Shown in pieces: positions 59,247 to 64,000 of a stretch of DNA of 64,000 nt. Every line of letters starts with the position of its first letter. The first letter of the stretch is position 1. Position numbers and translations under genes: made by a program. A model generated the notes under the pieces. The model was not told where the DNA came from. It saw nothing but the letters and a program-made list of their open reading frames with translations, and did not search any database. The stretch is taken from NCBI RefSeq assembly GCF_964194025.1, contig NC_134474.1:37510001-37574000 (forward strand), given 5' to 3'. This DNA comes from Convolutriloba macropyga. Its lineage: Eukaryota.

Positions 59247-60022
59247 ATGTTCAACTACTCCTGTCTGATCAGCCACAACTGGGCGAGTTGTGTGCAGCGT
59301 GTTATGGTGACTCTGATAACAACCAACTGTCAGTGCCCGAATCTCTTGTTAGGTGCACGACATGCAAGAGCGATTACCATCTGAGTTGTCTGAAACTGAA
59401 ACCCGACCTGCGCAATCATTTTGGAACCACTGGCTGGACTTGCTTCAAGTGCAAATCATGTCCTCAATGTGAGAAAAATGTTACAATTACTGAATGCAGT
59501 GAAACGCATTTTGAGAACCAGTCGGTATTTCGATGTTGTAACTGCGATAATTTGTACCACGTGAATTGTTTGTCAAATGCGAAATCTGAGAATCGGTTTG
59601 ATTCCCTAAAACCTGTAGGAAGATGGGCGTGTCCCAAATGCGGAAATTGCGCATCTTGCCTCACCCGATGGTCATTTGAGTGGAAAATGGAGTTCACGCA
59701 ACCTGTTGAAATGTCGCACTTTCCGAAGTTCCTTCAAACACATTGCTTGGATTGTTCGAACAAGTTCAGAAGAGGGCTATTTTGTTCAGTGTGTTTGAAA
59801 GTGTTCAACACTGAGAAGAAAATGTTGGTGAGTTCCACCTTGCAATGTGGTCGATGTTTCCTCTTAGTTCACATGGAATGTGATGCGAGAATTCCAAAAG
59901 AGAACTTGCTCGAGATTTTGTCGACACGATTCTATATTTGCCGAATTTGTAGAGGCGAAGCCCCGAATGTGCTTGGATCATACGTGAAAGAAGCTGAGAA
60001 ACTTGATAGTCCGAATTTGTGA
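59247..60022 (+). CDS. PHF10: PHF10 orthologue, last exon (tandem PHD fingers plus extra Cys-rich/PHD module)
   Basis: Double PHD (CAAC...CTTC...HLSC...WTCFKC; CPQC...CCNC...HVNC...WACPKC), then CASC...CLDC and a third PHD. The four exons sum to 1848 nt (615 aa + stop). Confidence 0.88.
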
Positions 60023-60299
60023 GAGCTGAAACGTTTAGTTGCCTAAAGAACAGATAGATTGACTGACTGGCTGACTGACTGATAGAAAAAACCGTCAATT
60101 TTGTTCAACTGATTTTAACTAATACTTTTTATGCACAGATGAATGTTAGTCTTTTAGATATGATACAAAGTCCCTGCAATCGGTATCCACACAAATTTCT
60201 GCTTAACTTGCTTCTGTTTTTCTTTGATACTTAAAATTTTCTTCATAAGTTGTAAACCAATTTTGCAGTGGTGAGGTTTAGCAAAATGAAATAGTTGCA

Positions 60300-62000
60300 G
60301 AGTCAGATATTTTGACAGAAATTGGTCAAGATAACCCGAGACTGCCTGCGGTTAGCACGACGCAAATGCCAAAAAATTGCCGCACCCCAGATCTTTTGGG
60401 TGGCAATGCAAGGTGAAACGTTTTGTCTTGGAATTACCTATCACAATAACTAGGTATCATGCTAGAAATGCAGAAGAAAACTTAGAAAATGGGACCTTAC
60501 TCGCTAATTGCAGCTCTCTTGGCGCTACAACAGCGGGAAGATATTCGATTTGTTCGATTATCATGTTAATTTGCGCAGATTCAAAAAGGATTCGCCTGTC
60601 AACAGTTTTAACCGCATGAATAACATCGTTTTTGTTATTTTCTTCAAATTTTTTGTTTGTTTTCAAAGTTTCTTGAATACAGCTGTAGTTTTTGTACTTC
60701 ATCAACTGCAGAAAATACAACTAGATATAACGCATGAATTACGAGGACCGTAAAAATTACGAGGACACATGATTTTAGTAATATTTTGCTCAGAACGCAG
60801 CTGAAGAGGTAAAGACCCCTGGCTCGTGAACTCGTACTCGCCTATCTGTCTCACTTGCCTGATAGAAAAGGCCGTCGAGAAGCTTATCCGGAACAGAATG
60901 CCCAACAACTTTAAGTTTTCTGGGTCACTAGTGAAGAAAAGACCGGCTACAGAAACCAGAGGTACACGGGGCCAGCTCATAAGGCTGTGCCATAAACGGG
61001 TTCGAGTGGAAACCCGNNNNNNNNNNNNNNNNNNNNNNNNNNNNNNNNNNNNNNNNNNNNNNNNNNNNNNNNNNNNNNNNNNNNNNNNNNNNNNNNNNNN
61101 NNNNNNNNNNNNNNNNNNNNNNNNNNNNNNNNNNNNNNNNNNNNNNNNNNNNNNNNNNNNNNNNNNNNNNNNNNNNNNNNNNNNNNNNNNNNNNNNNNNN
61201 NNNNNNNNNNNNNNNNNNNNNNNNNNNNNNNNNNNNNNNNNNNNNNNNNNNNNNNNNNNNNNNNNNNNNNNNNNNNNNNNNNNNNNNNNNNNNNNNNNNN
61301 NNNNNNNNNNNNNNNNNNNNNNNNNNNNNNNNNNNNNNNNNNNNNNNNNNNNNNNNNNNNNNNNNNNNNNNNNNNNNNNNNNNNNNNNNNNNNNNNNNNN
61401 NNNNNNNNNNNNNNNNNNNNNNNNNNNNNNNNNNNNNNNNNNNNNNNNNNNNNNNNNNNNNNNNNNNNNNNNNNNNNNNNNNNNNNNNNNNNNNNNNNTT
61501 GTNNNNNNNNNNNNNNNNNNNNNNNNNNNNNNNNNNNNNNNNNNNNNNNNNNNNNNNNNNNNNNNNNNNNNNNNNNNNNNNNNNNNNNNNNNNNNNNNNN
61601 NNNNNNNNNNNNNNNNNNNNNNNNNNNNNNNNNNNNNNNNNNNNNNNNACTGGCGTATTAATCTATTTTGACGGACAAAGGCTTAGCCTAAAGTTGTCCC
61701 CAACGGTCTAAGTAGATGGATAGAGGCCTGACTCAGAACCTAGAAGAATCGTTTTTTGGACCAGTAAAAAGAGCAATGAGAACCTTTATCATGGAGTTCA
61801 GCAGCGTTCAAATACTTTCACAGCCGTTTTTTTCATTTTCATGGACTGTGTTGTTGAACTCGTGGAATGCATTGCTCAGGACATGGCAACTTACAGCTAA
61901 GACCGAAGCCTGAAGAAACTTCAGGAGTATGTGTAGAGAGCACTTAACCAGATCGGATAAGATCGAATAAATTAAATTACGAACTGGAATCTAACAAATT
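60300..62000 (-). mobile_element. Old LINE remnant (RTE-like), spans an N gap
   Basis: VPLVSVAGLFF (cf. ISLLSVAGKIF) and STAFSIRQVRQIGEY (cf. TxDxIFxxRQxxEK). Boundaries approximate. Confidence 0.45.
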
Positions 62001-62599
62001 TATTGTTAAGTGGGGCTCTTCACGACCCGCTCCCTAGAGTTCAAAAGGGCGTTTGTTCCCAAAGCCTTTCATAGGAGAAGGGGCAGCAATGTTTTGAAAC
62101 TGTACGTATCAAGAATTAACACAAGACTTTTCCGAGAAAAAGGAGAATAGTCCACAAATTAATACAACAAAAATAACCTAAAAATAGGAAGTTTTGTCAC
62201 TCCTATACAGTACATCAAATAGCTCAGTCAGTACGTTTTTGCACCTCTGCCACGGCCAATTCAACTTCCTATATGCTCAAAATTTGAAACTATGACAAAA
62301 ATTGAACTAAAAATTAGTGACCGCTCCGCATCTGCCTTAAAACTATATTTTTGAGAGGTGAAAAAATAACAGCAGGAGAAACGAGAACTTGGAACAAACT
62401 AAATGAACAAGTATTGCTAGATGCTATTCTCAGGCTATCAAAAAGGTTGGAACTTGCGGCTGTCATTAAATTCAAAAAAATTATGGAAAATTGGCAGGAA
62501 TTTGAAATACCTTACTAGTTGATTGAATCGTTTGTGCCTGTTATTTTATCCCACTAAATCATGTCAACTGTCAATGGATTGCAATGTTGGTAAGTCAGT

Positions 62600-63550
62600 G
62601 TTTTATCTTTGAAACAGTTGCTGAAATTTTAAACAAGCGAAATGGTTCCTTGACACAAAATGGAAAAATAGCTGATGTGATTAAGTGTCGTTCAATTTCT
62701 AAGGTACCACCAGCTCGTAGAAGTTTCTTTTCCCCGATTAAAACAATTTCTAAGTAAACAAAACTCATTTAACCCTAATCATATTGGCTACAGAAAAAAG
62801 TACAATTGATGCTATTTCGGCAGTATCTGAGAAAATAAGAAAACTTTCATCAAAATAAATATACCACAAGGTACATTAATTGATCTCACCAAAACCTTTG
62901 TTGATGTAGATCACAATATTTTGTTTTTAAGTGTGATAATTTGGGCTTGAGGGGATTAGTTGGGATTTTGATGAGCTCACATTGAGAATACCAAAATCAG
63001 ACTTTTGATTAAAATGGACAAAGTCTTCAATAGCACATGGGTTTCCCAGGGTAGCGAGGCAAACTCAAATTTGATTTTATTTGCTGACGACTTGCTTGGA
63101 AAGTAAAACGAAGGTAATGGAGATGTGAGTTTGAAAATGAATACTTGCTTTAGTAGTAAAAAGAGACTAACATTACATAGCGACAAAACTGTCTTAATTA
63201 ATTTTTCATGTAAAGTACTAAAAATGGATGGTATTGGGTCACTAATGAAACGTGGAGTGGCAAAGGCCATAGAATGGATTTTAACGATCTGAAGTTAGAC
63301 TTTCAGGTAGAAATATTGTTAAAACGTGCTTCTAAGGTAGCATGTATAATGTATCTTATGTGCCTTTTGAACAGCAATCAGCTATACAAGGTTTAAGAGA
63401 GTTATATTTGACAAAGTTTTCATTTTGGAGTAGTAATTTGCATCAAATATCATAAAAATTGGGAAGCAAAAAAATCGCCATATTTTCAAGCCTAGAACGT
63501 ATGAAAGTCTTGCTAAGTTTGAATAAAATTTAAAATCGGCTGCATTAGAG
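62600..63550 (+). mobile_element. Old LINE RT remnant (CR1/L2-group)
   Basis: Degenerate motifs in order: DLTKTFVDVDHNIL, VSQGS, LFADD. Confidence 0.65.
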
Positions 63551-64000
63551 AACTACTTATTTATTAGTTGTTTAAGTTGATGACAAATCACTTTACAGAT
63601 ATTTTAGATCAGATATTTTAAATCAGAGACCAGGATGCAAAGACATTATACACATAACCTGGGTAACAAAGCTTTTGAAATATTTAGAACATGCTAAAAG
63701 TTATTGGAATTGCTCGACAATATATCCAGACTACATAATCAAGACATCTATCATACCCTATCATCCCATCTGGGACCAACGATGACCATCTATGACTCAC
63801 AAGCAGGAGTAATGGAACAAAGGGACTAATTTTTTTCTGCAAGACCAAATAAATATCCACAAATGCATCAATAAATCTGGCTAGGACAGCGTTCAAATCT
63901 TGTACTTGCCTCTTAAATCCCTATGACGTGCAGCAGATGAGATGGTACTGTCTGAATTCTCTCAATCAAGGGTGACGTAAAAATTTGTTTTCTTTGACCG

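Overview
This is AT-rich, intron-containing animal (invertebrate-like) genomic DNA, not prokaryotic. I can reconstruct five host genes with frame-consistent GT-AG junctions. (1) The 5' part of a type IV collagen alpha chain (-, runs off the left edge). (2) A RING + TRAF-type zinc-finger protein (-). (3) SmF/SNRPF (+, 12-kb intron). (4) Actin maturation protease ACTMAP/C19orf54 (+, 8.3-kb intron). (5) PHF10/SAYP (+, 14.4-kb intron). Introns and intergenic DNA are filled with mobile elements: a young full-length Ty3/Gypsy element (near-identical LTRs, 5-bp TSD), a decayed relative, several LINE remnants, MITEs, and a family of Helentron/DINE-1-like non-autonomous elements. One member of that family has expanded internally into a 7.2-kb satellite array. 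The most unusual object is a 2.9-kb TG...CA-bounded element in the PHF10 intron (54465-57349). It has a plus-strand TATA box and poly(A) signal like a very long solo LTR. Antisense to these, it carries a spliced gene for an integrase-type H2C2 zinc finger fused to an OTU-like protease with no DDE core, plus a second orphan ORF. Two assembly gaps are present (27805-28261, 61017-61648). All family assignments come from motif recognition by eye; no searches were run.
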